DNA from: Octopus sinensis
Lineage: Eukaryota
Length of the DNA stretch: 64,000 bases
Assembly (NCBI RefSeq): GCF_006345805.1
Contig: NC_043006.1
Span: 82,460,001-82,524,000 of the forward strand
Direction: 5' to 3'
In this document: positions 1 to 11,400 of the stretch, one piece after another
How the letters are laid out: each line of letters begins with the position of its first letter
Numbering within the stretch: the stretch's first letter is position 1
Position numbers and translations under genes: made by a program
The notes under the pieces: generated by a model
Database searches by the model: none
Told to the model about the DNA's origin: nothing
Seen by the model: only the letters and a program-made list of their open reading frames with translations

Positions 1-51
1 TTTATGATTTATGTGTATTAAGTAATAAATGTCTGAATGTATGTGTTCTTT

Positions 52-415
52 TCATTCTTTTATTCTTTTATTTGTTTCAGTCATTTTGTCAGCGGCCATG
101 CTGGAGCACCGCCTTTAGTCAAACAATTTAACCCCAGGACTTATTCTTTGTAAGCCCAGTAATTATTTTATTGGTCTCTTTTGCCAAACTGCTAAGTTAT
201 GGGGACGTGAATACACCAACATCGGTTGTCAAGCAATGGTGGGAGGACAAACACAGACACACACATAAACAGACACACACATTTATATATACATATATAT
301 ACGACAGGCTTCTTTCTACCTACAAAATCCACTCATAAGGCTTTGGTTGGCCTGAGGCTATAGTAGAAGTCACTTGCTCAAGGTGCCACACAGTGGGACT
401 GAACCCAGAACCATG
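52..415 (-). mobile_element. tRNA-headed SINE, ~400-bp family (octopus OK-like), head truncated
   Basis: Reverse complement of the family seen intact at 4886-5280; joined to a different SINE at ~415. Confidence 0.85.
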
Positions 416-712
416 TGCTCACGAAATTAATGTGCATGTGACTAAGCACTCCACAAACACATGTACCCTTAGTGTGATACAAAGTGGGATGAAGCTGGCC
501 CTTTGAAATACAGGTACGACAGAAACAGGAAGAAAGAGTGAGAGAAAGTGATGGTGAAAGAGTACAGCAGAGTTTGCCTCCCACCGCCAGAGCCGCGTGT
601 ACCTTTAGGTCTTTTTGCTCAATAAACACTCATAGCAACCTTTCTGGGAATTGAAACTGTGATCCTATGAGCGCGAGTCTGCTGCTCTAACCACTGGGCC
701 AATCCACCTCCA
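415..712 (-). mobile_element. tRNA-Arg-like SINE (OR-type), 3'-truncated
   Basis: Same family as 37366-37749; the minus strand starts GGAGGTGGATTGGCCCAGTGGTTAGAGCAGCAGACTCGCG with A/B-box-like motifs. Confidence 0.8.
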
Positions 713-734
713 CATATAAAATTATATATATATA

Positions 735-1031
735 TCTTTATATATAAAAGTGAAGTTGTGTGTCTGTCTCCTACGATTTAGATTCCTAACTACTCCCACA
801 TTTTGCGGTGCAGTTGAACCAAAACTGGGTATCTTATAGTCGTGATTCATATCGAGCCCTTCTGCATATTAGCGCGCGTCTACGATGAGTCTACGATTTT
901 AAAAAAAATTTACCATAATTTTTTTTCCATTTTTAATGCATTTTTTTGCTATTTTTTGGCTATAACTCTCTAAAAATGCTTATATAGTTATTTCCCTTAC
1001 AAACCCGAGCAACGCCGGGCGATACTGCTAG
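735..1031 (+). mobile_element. Non-autonomous Helitron
   Basis: 5' TC, 3' hairpin CCCGAGC-AAC-GCCGGG followed by CTAG at 1028-1031, A^T insertion, no TSD. Confidence 0.85.
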
Positions 1032-1149
1032 TATATATATATATATATATATATCTACACATACCTATAATATATATACATACACATATATACATACATA
1101 TAATATATATACATACATATACATACATACATACATATATATATAGGTG

Positions 1150-1303
1150 CAGGAGTGGCTGTGTGATAAGTAGCTTGCTTACTAAGCATGGTTCCAGGTT
1201 CAGTCCCATTGCATGGCACCTTGGGCAAGTGTCTTTTACTATAGCCTTACGCTAACCAAAGCCTTGAGAGTGGATTTAGTAGATGGAAACTGAAAGAAGC
1301 CTG

Positions 1304-1341
<38 letters not shown>

Positions 1342-1470
1342 GTTTGTGTGTCTGTGTTTGTTCCCACCCCCCACCATTGCTTGACAAACAATGTTGGTGT
1401 GTTTACATACCCGTTACTTAGCAGTTTGGCAAAAGAGACTAATAGAATCAGTACTAGGATTACAAAGCAT
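1150..1470 (+). mobile_element. OK-like SINE, 3'-truncated
   Basis: GGAGTGGCTGTGTG head, GGTTCAGTCCC B box, internal (TA)n/(TG)n. Confidence 0.85.
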
Positions 1471-1764
1471 GTTATCATTATGATTGTTTCTTTTATGTTT
1501 ATCTTGTCAAGCTGGCATGGGTTGGATGAGATATTTGAGTTAATGTGATATAAGAGATACCCTTCTCAACATCAAGTTTTTTAGAATTGGGTTTCATAAA
1601 AACAACAGATATACTGTGTATGTATTTTAGGAACTCAGGACACAAATATGCACAAACACATACATCTTCATACCTCCACCTATACATACACATGCACACA
1701 CACACACACACACACAGATGCATGTGTATATATATATACATACATATATATATATATATATACA

Positions 1765-1960
1765 TCATCATCGTTTAGTGTCCGTTTTCCATGCTAGCAT
1801 GGGTTGGACGGTTCTACTGGGGTCTGTGAAGCCAGAAGGCTTCATCAGGCCCAGTCAAATCTGGCAGTGTTTCTACGGCTGGATGCCCTTCCTAACGCCA
1901 ACCACTCCGTGAGTGTAGTGGGTGCTTTTTACGTGCCACCCGCACAGGTGCCAGACATGT
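1765..1960 (-). mobile_element. RTE-like non-autonomous element with (GAT)n tail, truncated
   Basis: Shares the GGAAGGGCATCCAGC...AACCCATGCTAGCATGGAAA core with copies at 4075, 12895, 58288 and 63315. Confidence 0.8.
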
Positions 1961-2184
1961 ACATTTAAACACAAGAGAAACTACCTTTAACAGGTACTTT
2001 TACATGCTAGAAGAAGCAGTGAAAATGACCAAAATCACATTTAAGAGCAATTTCGAAGGGAATGAAAAATAAAAACTTTTACCTTGTTATTTTTTTACAG
2101 TTATACCTAGGTTTTGAAATTTTTAGCAAATAAAATATTTTGCTATGTGAAATTCACATCAGTATATTTTACATATATATACAT

Positions 2185-2802
2185 ATACTCTTTTACTCTT
2201 TTACTTGTTTCAGTCATTTGACTGTGGCCATGCTGGAGCACCACCTTCAGTCGAGCAAATCGACCCCGGGACTTATTCTTTGTAAGCCCAGTACTTATTC
2301 TATCGGTCTCTTTTGCCGAACCGCTAAGTGACGGGGATGTAAACACGCCAGCATTGGTTGTCAAGCAATGCTAGGGGGACAAACACAGACACACAAACAC
2401 ACACATACATATACATACATGTATATACATATATACGACAGGCTTCTTTCAGTTTCCATCTACCAAATCCACTCACAATGCATTGGTTGGCCCGGGGCTA
2501 TAGCAGAAGACATTTGCCCAAGATGCCACGCAGTGGGACTGAACCCGGAACCATGTGGCTGGTTAGCAAGCTACTTACCACACAGCCAATATATATATCT
2601 TTTATCTTTTACTTGTTTCAATCATTAGACTGCGGCCATGCTGGAGCACCACTTTGAAATTTTAGTCAAATGAATTGACCCCAGTACTAATATTTTTTTA
2701 ACTTGGTACTTATTCTATCGATCTTTTTTGCCAAACTGCTATGTAACAGAGACTCAAACACACAAACACCAGTTGTGAAGTAGTGGTGGGGGACAAACAC
2801 AC

Positions 2803-2842
<40 letters not shown>

Positions 2843-2990
2843 CGCATTCTTTCAGTTTCCATCTACAAAATCCACTTATAAGACTTTGGTCAGCCCAAGG
2901 CTATAATAGAAGACACTTGCCCAAGGTGCCATGCAGTGGGACTGAACCATGAACCATTTGGTTGGGAAGCAGCTTCTTACCACACAGCCA
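2185..2990 (-). mobile_element. Two adjacent OK-like SINEs (2185-2588, 2598-2990)
   Basis: Two consecutive reverse-complement copies of the ~400-bp family. Confidence 0.85.
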
Positions 2991-3049
2991 TGCCTAAACA
3001 TCATAATTTCTTACCACACAGCCTTATATTTTACAGGTAAGAAAGTAAA

Positions 3050-3205
3050 TTTCAAACGTGGTATAGCTGTGAAAACGACCTGGAATGATTGGTCGTACAC
3101 CTTTAGAAGATGGAAAAACATTGCCAGCAGGTGACTATGGAGAATCGAACTCCATACCTCTCAGTTACTGGCTGAGTGCTCTGTACCTCTAAGCTAAGCA
3201 ATGCC
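3050..3205 (-). mobile_element. Old tRNA-headed SINE fragment
   Basis: Minus strand TAGCTTAGAGG (A box) ... GAGTTCGATTCT (B box). Confidence 0.5.
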
Positions 3206-3330
3206 TGACAACAATTACAAGCAATTTTAATGCTAAGGAATAGCTTTTTGGAATGAGGGAACATTTTTATAAACAAACTTTATCAGCACAGAGGTATTTT
3301 ATAGACAAGAAAGTAAATTTCAAAGACTGG

Positions 3331-3372
<42 letters not shown>

Positions 3373-4074
3373 GAGAGTGAAATTGTAATATGAAACTAAG
3401 TACATGTCAAAGCAATTTGAAATTATGTGAACTCAATTAGCTTACAGCTGTTTCCACTCTAAGATGCTATCCACTCATATACATAAGTCAGCCAACCATA
3501 GAAAAATCTGACCTACACACACTACATATATATAAATATATACATATATGTGTGCGTGTGTGTGTGTGTGTGAGTGTAGATGTCATCACCGTCACCATCA
3601 TCATCATTATCATTATCGTCATCATCATTATTTAATGTCTACTCTCCATGCTGTGTTGGATGGTTTGACATGAAGCTGGCTAGCAGGGAGCAGTCCAGAC
3701 TCCAGTGGTCTGTTTTGGCATGGTTTCTATGGCTGGATGCCCTTCCTAATGCCAACCACATAGCAGAGTGTACTGGGTGCTTTTTACATGCCACTGGCTC
3801 AGGTGTGTTAATGCAGCTCTGGTACAGTCATGTTAACGAAGCACCAGAACAGGGGCTTTTTAAGTGACACCAGTACCCGAAAGTACAAACCTGTATGTGT
3901 GGAAGACTACCCACATGCATAATTGATAGGCAGCTTTCAGCTTCTGTCTCACAAAGTTTTGGTGAATCTGGTGCTATAATGGAAGACACTTGCTCTCAGT
4001 ACCTTACAGTGAGACTGAACACTGAAACCTTATAGTTGAGAAATAACTTCTCAACCATGTACCATAATCTCATG

Positions 4075-4735
4075 GCCTATGCCAGGGGTGTAACCAGCCC
4101 ATTTATGTGTACCTTTTCCTTCTTTGGACACTAAAACTCTGCTTGCGAAGACCTGTGGAGGCAAGTGAAATCAAAATCAAAATCAAAATCGATGACTGGC
4201 GTCTGTGCTAGCAGGGTGCAAAGAGCACCATACAAGCATGATCATTGACAGAGCAGCTAACTGGCTTCCGTGCCAGTAGCACTTAAAAGGCACCATTTGA
4301 GCGCGATCGTTACCAGCGTCGCCTTACTGGCACTTGTGCCTGTGCTAGTAGGGTGCCAAGAGCACCATCCGAGCGTGATCGTTGCCAGAGCGGCCAACTG
4401 GCTTCTGTGCCAGTGGCACGTAAAAAGGCACCATTCAAGTGTGATCATTACCAAAGTCGCCTTACTGGCACTTGTGCTGGTGGCATGTGTAAAAAGATTC
4501 AAGCGAGGTTGTTGCCAGTAGTGCCTGACTGGCCCCCATGCCGGTGGCACATAAAAAGCACCCACTACACTCTCGGAGTGGTTGGTGTTAGGAAGGGCAT
4601 CCAGCTGTAGAAACTCTGCCAAATCAAGATTGGAGCCTGGTGCAGCCATCTGGTTCGTCAGCCCCCAGTCAAAATCGTCCAACCCATGCTAGCATGGAAA
4701 GCAGACGTTAAACAATGATGATGATGATGATGATG
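4075..4735 (+). mobile_element. RTE-like non-autonomous element, longest copy, with tandem structured units
   Basis: (AAAATC)n, then ~6 units ending GTGCC-N3-GGCAC-GTAAAAA-GCACC or a variant, family core and (GAT)n tail. RTE affinity is inferred from the short-repeat tail. Confidence 0.75.
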
Positions 4736-4885
4736 TACACATGCCTGTATAAGTATCGCTATGCCGTACCTATATAGCTATGTCTGTAAGTAAGTAAATG
4801 TGCAAGTTGATGTGATTAAAAACATGATGATCAAATTTTGTTTACTTTGTATGAGATAATTAAATTATCAAAATTATATATTTCA

Positions 4886-5280
4886 GGAGTGGCTGTGTGG
4901 TAAGTAGCTTGCTAACCAATCACATGGTTCCGGGTTCAGTCCCACTGTGTGGCATCTTGGGCAAGTGTCTTCTGCTATAGCCCCGGGCCGACCAATACCT
5001 TGTGAGTGGATTTGGTAGACGGAAACTGAAAGAAGCCTGTCATATATATGTATATATATATGTGTGTGTGTCTGTGTTTGTCCCGCTAGCATTGCTTGAC
5101 AACTGATGCTGGTGTGTTTACGTCCCTGTTACTTAGCGGTTCGGCAAAAGAGACCAATAAAATAAGTACTGGGCTTACAAAGAATTAGTCCCGGGGTCGA
5201 TTTCCTCAACTAAAAGGCGGTGCTCCAGCATGGCCACAGTCAAATGACTGAAACAAGTAAAAGAGTAAAAGAGTAAAGAG
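4886..5280 (+). mobile_element. Full-length OK-like tRNA-headed SINE
   Basis: A box TGGCTGTGTGG, B box GGTTCAGTCCC, CORE-like TCTTGGGCAAGTG, tail (GTAAAAGA)n. Confidence 0.9.
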
Positions 5281-5684
5281 TATTAATGTAATTACACAAC
5301 TGCTCGGGTTATTAGTGCCAGAAGTAGATGTTGGCATCATTGTTTAAAAGGAAAGTTATCTTGACAACCCAGATGGACAAATATATGCATAGTTACACAT
5401 GCACATGCGTGCACACTCATACATGCACACACTCACACACACATGCACATATAGAGAAATATGCATATACATATTCATACAGTATATGGATATATGAATA
5501 CATAATAAAAACAGTCATGTGTATACATACACACATGCGTGTTTGCATGCTTGTGCATAAATCTGTCTATCTGTCTGTTTGTCTATCTATTTGTCTGTCT
5601 GCCTGCCTGCCTTTCTGTCTATCTATCTACTTGCCTTTCTGTCTGTTTGTTTATCTATCTATCTATCTATCTATCATCATCATC

Positions 5685-6020
5685 ATCATCATTGTCGTTT
5701 AACATCTGTTTTCTATGCTGGCATGGGTTGGGTGGTTTGACTGAGGTCTAGCGAGACAGGAGGCTGCACCAAGCTCCAGTCCAATCTGGCAATGTTTCTA
5801 CTGCTGGATGCCTTTCCTAATGCCAACCACTCCTAGAGTGTAGTGGGTGCTTTTTATGTGCCATTGGCATGAGGGCCAGTCAGGTGGTACAGGCATCGAC
5901 CACACTCAAATGGTACTTTTTATGTGCCACCAGCATGGGAGCTAGTCAGGTAGCACTGGCATCGGTCACACTTGTATGGTGCTTTTCATGTTGCACCAGC
6001 ATGGGAGCCAGTCCGGCAGC
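5685..6020 (-). mobile_element. RTE-like (GAT)n-tailed element
   Basis: Family core plus ~3 degenerate units. Confidence 0.75.
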
Positions 6021-6094
6021 ACATGAAGATTGATGTAACTCTTCATGAAAGTAAATAGACAATAAGAAAAGCGTGATGCAATTTGTAATAGATT

Positions 6095-7319
6095 GTTTAT
6101 TTAATGGTTTGAATGATATTTCAACAGATCATCTGTCTTCTTCAGGTTCAAAATGTAAAATGAAAACAACCACAGAAACACAGAAATTCAAAATATAAAC
6201 AAAGAAATACTGCATTCTTATTTTAATAGAATGACATCATCAGTTTTCAATTTTGCAACTGGTGAAAGGAAAAGGAAAGAAAAAAAAGAAAAAAAAAGAA
6301 AGAAAGGAAAAAGAATATTTAGTTGAACAGTTTTGTGTAAATATGATGAAATTCACCCATCATTTTATTCATTCCTGCTGGGTGTAATGTTAGTAATTCA
6401 CAAATATATGTGTCCTCATGCATTTTGAGGAGTGAAAGTGCAGTAGATTCAGATTATTTTCTGAGAATGTGCATTTTCAGGTGTTCCTCAAAATTGCAGC
6501 TGTTTGATGTAAAATGTTTGGCAAGTTCCGTCGAACTATTGCTATCATGCCTGATGTCATACCTGTGCCCACTGAATCTTTTGTTTAATTGTTCTGTTGT
6601 ACAACCTACATAAATCAAGTTGTGTTTGGTGCATTCTACTGCATTCATCATATGGGAATCTTTACACATCCCACCTTCCATATAAATCATAACATTTTGG
6701 TTATGATTCATGATGAAGTTCACTTGACTCAAGTTGTTGCACAATGAACAAGGCTTACCTCTTTTACAGCAGTTTTTCACGTTCAGAAACTCCAAAGGTA
6801 GTTTTCTTGGAGTTAGAGGAAGGGATTAATGTTTCTCTTACATTTTTATTGCACCCAAGGGCTACAATAGGTGGCTGAGGGAATATTTGTTTGAAATGAG
6901 GATATTTTTCTGCAATATGCTGGTAACTTTTATGCAACACTTTTGAAATGCCAATAAAATTTTGGTGCCAGTTAATCACTGAAGTAATTCTATCACAAAT
7001 TTTACTCTGGTGGCTAAAATTATGCATGGAAGTTTAACTTGCCATGCTCATCATAGCTATGTCATTTGCTATTTCCCTTAATCATGATTCACTGTAACTG
7101 CATTTGACATAATAGTATACAAAAGCATTTGCATGTTTCTAGTAATCCCCTATATCAGTACAAATCCATTTTATCCTCAAAAATTGGGATTTCGGATTTG
7201 ACCAAATTATATGATTTGGATGGTCGGAGTGGTGGTAGAGGTAAATGTGAAATGACATGGGTTTGCAAAATAACTCTGTCACTATTCTGCCTCGGACTTA
7301 AAGCTAGAAATGCAAGAAA

Positions 7320-7381
<62 letters not shown>

Positions 7382-7470
7382 CACTAAACATGCAAGTTAA
7401 AAATTTTTTAAATGCCTTTAATTGTAAAGAAAATGGTTCTTTATAATGGTATAATATACTCAATAATCAA
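6095..7470 (-). mobile_element. Degenerate Penelope-like element (Neptune-like): RT thumb, Cys linker, GIY-YIG endonuclease
   Basis: Frameshifted pieces: RITSVINWHQNFIGISKVL...FKQIFPQPPIVALGCNKNVRETL; CKRGKPCSLC; VECTKHNLIYVGCTTEQLNKRFSGHRYDI; EDTYICELLTLHPAGMN. HHR-like motif in the 3' region. Confidence 0.85.
6104..6152 (-). ncRNA. Degenerate type I hammerhead motif in PLE 3' region
   Basis: TTTGAAC-CTGAAGA-A-GACAGA(TGA)TCTGTT-GAAA-TATC-ATTCAAA; stem III is too short, so probably inactive. Confidence 0.55.
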
Positions 7471-7790
7471 TTAAAAAATTTATTAGAAACGGCTGTAAAG
7501 AAATGACACCTGTCCATCATTTGTTATTTATTTGTTTATAATTCACCTCTCTTGGAACCTGCCCCTTGCATAATGTGAAGTAGATTATGAACGTTATATA
7601 TAATAGCTCAAAGGGCTAATGATATGCTCCGTTGGGTTCAATTAATTGCATACATAACCTGAATATCCTTCTGCCAGTACTTCTGTACCAACCTTGGTAT
7701 ATGTCTATAATTGTTGTGTATGCATTTTAACTCAGACCTAACCTTTTGCCTTACCTTTAAGTGTCTTATTCACCTGAATCTTAATATATA

Positions 7791-7855
<65 letters not shown>

Positions 7856-7860
7856 CATAT

Positions 7861-8044
7861 GCAGGTGTGGCTGTGTATAAGAAGCTTGCTTGCTTCCCAA
7901 CCACATGGTACTGGGTTCAACCCCACTGCATGGCACCTTGGGCAAATTCTTCTACTATAGCCTCAGGTTGGCCAAAGCCTTGTGAGTAAATGTAGTAATG
8001 GAAACTGAAAGAAGACTGTCACGTATATATGCATATATATATAT

Positions 8045-8092
<48 letters not shown>

Positions 8093-8141
8093 TATAATAT
8101 ATATATATAATGTATATATATGCATATATATATATATATAA

Positions 8142-8173
<32 letters not shown>

Positions 8174-8425
8174 CTATATATATGTATATATTTATACATG
8201 TGTGTCCTCGTGTCTGTGTTTATTCCCCCCTCCACCATCACTTGACTACTGATGTTGGTGTGTTTATGTCTCTGCAACTTAGCAGTTTAGCAAAAGAGAC
8301 CCATAGAACAAGTACTAGGCTTACAAAGAATAAGTCCAGGGGTTGATTTCTTTCGACTAAAAAACCCTTTAAGGTGGTGCTCCAACATAACTGCAGCCAA
8401 AATGACTGAACAAGTGAGAGAATAA
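7861..8425 (+). mobile_element. OK-like SINE with expanded internal (AT)n
   Basis: Head 7861-8030, tail 8200-8425. Confidence 0.8.
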
Positions 8426-8674
8426 AAGAATATTTATATATGATGATGATGATGATGATATATATATATATATATATGCCATTTTCTGCCCATTTAGCCA
8501 TAGAATTCAGGTGGAATGTTATCGTGTAATTTCAGATATTTACATATATTGTTACAATATAAATAGATATACTTTCTGATGCTAAGACCTCAGTTTTGTT
8601 TTCAAGCATAAGTAGATCCTCTTGTCAGTACATTGTGCTGAGCCAAACAATTCTGCAAACCACTGTTTGTAGTG

Positions 8675-8758
<84 letters not shown>

Positions 8759-8822
8759 TGCTGAGCCAAACAATTCTGCAAACCACTTTTTGTAGTGATA
8801 TACACACACACACACATATATT

Positions 8823-8859
<37 letters not shown>

Positions 8860-8962
8860 ATACACACACATATTTTTGTTCCATACCTTATTCTTTATCT
8901 TTCACCGTTTCTCTTACTATTTCTCTTCCTCCCCCTTTCACTGTTTGCATACATACATGCAT

Positions 8963-9019
<57 letters not shown>

Positions 9020-9092
9020 CATATATATAAGTAGATAGATATTTATCAGCAGTGTTCCTCAATGAATGCAAGACATGCAAAGTATACTTATA

Positions 9093-9126
<34 letters not shown>

Positions 9127-9480
9127 ATTTATAAATATATACATTTATATGTGTATGTGTCTGTGAGCGTATGTGTGTGTGTATATATACCATCATGCAT
9201 TTTTTATATAATTTTAATGAGTCCTTATTACCTGCAAGAATCTCATTTTTACCCCACTCAGGGTAATTTACCCCTGTTTTCCAACCCTTGCTCTACAGGA
9301 AAAAGTAGATATCAAGAAAATACATGACATTGGAAGCTTTGCTGTTGTGACCATGAGTTTGGTGTCAATGAACTTACCATATACAAAATGCGTAGAGATT
9401 CATTTATCATAGTGTTTTTTGAGTAGGTGGGGACTAAACTCCTGTGATAAATGAGTATATTTGTACTGCAAGGCATAATA

Positions 9481-9799
9481 AAATGCGATAAACATCACCC
9501 TTTTCAAGCCTAGCCAGGCTCATGGGCCTGGTTTCCTGGTTTCTGTGGCATATATGTTGTTTCCCCAGCTGGACGGGATGCCAGTCCATCGCAGCGTTAC
9601 TCAAGAAACAGGAAGAGAGAGTGAGAGAAAGTTGTGGCGAAAGAGTACAACAGGGGTCGCAACCACCCCCTACCGGAGCCTCATGGAGCTTTGAGTATTT
9701 TTGTTCAATAAACACACACAATGCCCGGTCTGGGAATCGAAACCGCAATCTTCCGACTGCAAGTCTGCTGCCCTAACCACTAGGCCATTGCGCCTCCAC
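9481..9799 (-). mobile_element. tRNA-Arg-like SINE (OR-type head, Meta-like tail) with 12-bp TSD
   Basis: TSD CAAGGCATAATA at 9469-9480 and 9800-9811; B box GGTTTCGATTCC. Confidence 0.9.
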
Positions 9800-9872
9800 C
9801 AAGGCATAATAGTCAACATTTAAAACCTGAAAGACAAAAAAAAAAACCAAGATGAAGGCTGAGAAAACTCAC

Positions 9873-10032
9873 GTGCTGCTTCATTTTTTGCACACTCTAC
9901 AGACTCCATAGAGTAAACTATACATTTCTCCCATAATCCTCTTCGTTCTGTAGTGTTCACGAGCCATGTTGTGGTAGAAATGGAAAACAGGAGAAGTAAG
10001 GCTGCAATTATTCCACATAGTACAGAAATGAC
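9873..10032 (-). CDS. Coding exon of a PMP22/claudin-superfamily (TMEM47-like) membrane protein
   Basis: Acceptor TTTTTGTTTCCTCCAG, donor GTGAGT, 160 nt (phase 0 to 1), encoding VISVLCGIIAALLLLFSISTTTWLVNTTERRGLWEKCIVYSMESVECAKNEAA: TM1 plus W...GLW..C...C signature. Confidence 0.8.
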
Positions 10033-10190
10033 CTGGAGGAAACAAAAACAAAAACAACACCGAATTAATCATTGAATTCATGTCTAAGAAAAGAAAAAAA
10101 ACATTAAGTCATAAGAAAATTAGTTCAATAACAAATAAAAACAAACAGCACCAAAAACAAACCATTAAATAGTTGAAATAATTCTCTTAC

Positions 10191-10241
10191 AGATGTGAAG
10201 GATGGGCTCTTGAAAATCAAAAGTGAAAATGTAATGGTCAT
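10191..10241 (-). CDS. Probable first coding segment of the same gene (exon 10191-10262, ATG at 10241)
   Basis: Acceptor ACTTTCTTTCCACAG, in-frame TGA 21 nt upstream of the ATG, MTITFSLLIFKSPSFTS, donor GTAAGA, phase 0 matching the next exon. Confidence 0.5.
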
Positions 10242-10340
10242 GCTTTTAACCGAAGTAGTTCACTGTGGAAAGAAAGTCATAATGGCTGTGTGTGACTTGG
10301 GAATTAAAATTTGGCTGTGGACTCTTTACTGAGAACTTAC

Positions 10341-10412
10341 CTTGCTGCTTTGGCATACACCAAGCGTGTTAAATGCTTTCAAAGTGTTGTATATGTGCTT
10401 CTTTCTTTCTCT
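10341..10412 (-). other. Candidate upstream exon (5' UTR, or alternative coding RERKKHIYNTLKAFNTLGVCQSSK)
   Basis: Donor AAG|GTAAGT, weak acceptor TTATCTCAG; a 78-nt intron would join it to exon 10191-10262. Confidence 0.4.
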
Positions 10413-10489
10413 CTGAGATAAATATTTGATTAGTTTTAAACAAAAACTTCAATGTAATTTTGTGTTATTAAGTCAAAGTGGTGTGTATG

Positions 10490-11400
10490 TTCATTATCAG
10501 ATATCAGTTCTTAGAAGTAAAGTGACTGAATATCTGTTGGTAGATATACAGTGACCAGGTATACAGTAACTGGATATACAGGGAAAATATTATTCAGAGA
10601 CCAGATATGTTGCACTCAGATACACAGTGACTACATATAGAAGCCAAATATACAGTGACAAGACATATCTTGCAAACAACTTGCACATGCAAGTGCTACC
10701 AGTCAAAAACTCTGCATACCGGAAGCCAGTAAGTGTATGGGGTCATAAGGAGAGAATGCATGCCATTTTGGGGCCTACCTCTCGACGGCATCAATGCGCA
10801 CCGGCCCCCCTTACTGATGTGAGGCCCCACTTGCTAGATCAGCTGGTTATCAAATAAAGCTCAATATTCTTCTAGCCATCGCTCATCGTCTCTTTTTAAC
10901 CAAATCTAGTGGCTAGCCTTCTCCACTGTAGTTTCAATATCGGTCATGGTGGTATTGACTTTACGATGAGTTAGGCCTAACGATAACAACAGTCGTCTCA
11001 CACTGTGTCCAATGAAACCTCTACATCTGACTTCGATTGGAAAATGCTCTGCTTTCCAGCCTGCGTCTTCACATTCCTTGAGGCAAAATATTATTCAGAG
11101 ACCAGATATGTTGCGCTCAGATACACAGTGACTACATATAGTAGCCAAATATACAGTGACAAGATATACAGTAAGTAGATATACAATAACTAGATATACA
11201 GTGACCAAACATCAGGGACCAGGTATACAATAACAGTAAAACAGTGATAAGATATACAGTGACAAGACATATGACAACAAAATATACAGTGACCAGACAT
11301 ACTGTGGTCAGTTATACAGTGATCAGATATACAGTGACAAGGCATACGGAGATCAGTTATCAGTAGCTAGATATGTAGTTACCAGATATCAGATACTAGA
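10490..11400. repeat. Degenerate ~15-bp minisatellite (AGATATACAGTGACC-like), interrupted
   Basis: Recurrent GATATACAGTGAC units on both sides of the insertion at 10664-11084. Confidence 0.75.
10664..11084 (-). mobile_element. 5'-truncated RLE non-LTR retrotransposon (HERO-like)
   Basis: 10861-11084 reads LKECEDAGWKAEHFPIEVRCRGFIGHSVRRLLLSLG...VEKASH*IWLKRDDERW, matching the PxEVGCRGF...ASxWxWxKR C-terminus; flanked by an 80-bp direct repeat. Confidence 0.8.

Noticed and set aside
4075-4190. Possible HDV-like ribozyme at the 5' end of the RTE-like element
   Set aside because: One hairpin (CTTGC/GCAAG) is present, but I could not build the P1/P2/P3 nested pseudoknot or place the catalytic C.
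4200-4560. Repeat-spacer look resembling CRISPR
   Set aside because: Eukaryotic retroelement; the 'spacers' are homologous to each other and there are no cas genes.
6219-6260. Strong minus-strand acceptor giving LAKLKTDDVILLK* after the claudin-like exon
   Set aside because: Lies in the PLE 3' region and would truncate the protein after TM1.
9236-9379. Small GT-AG intron and 60-nt open exon (SKGWKTGVNYPEWGKMRFLQ) on the minus strand
   Set aside because: Phase incompatible with the claudin-like exon and no recognisable homology.
9827-9872. 46-nt intron continuing the claudin-like exon
   Set aside because: Very short and leads to a stop after three codons.
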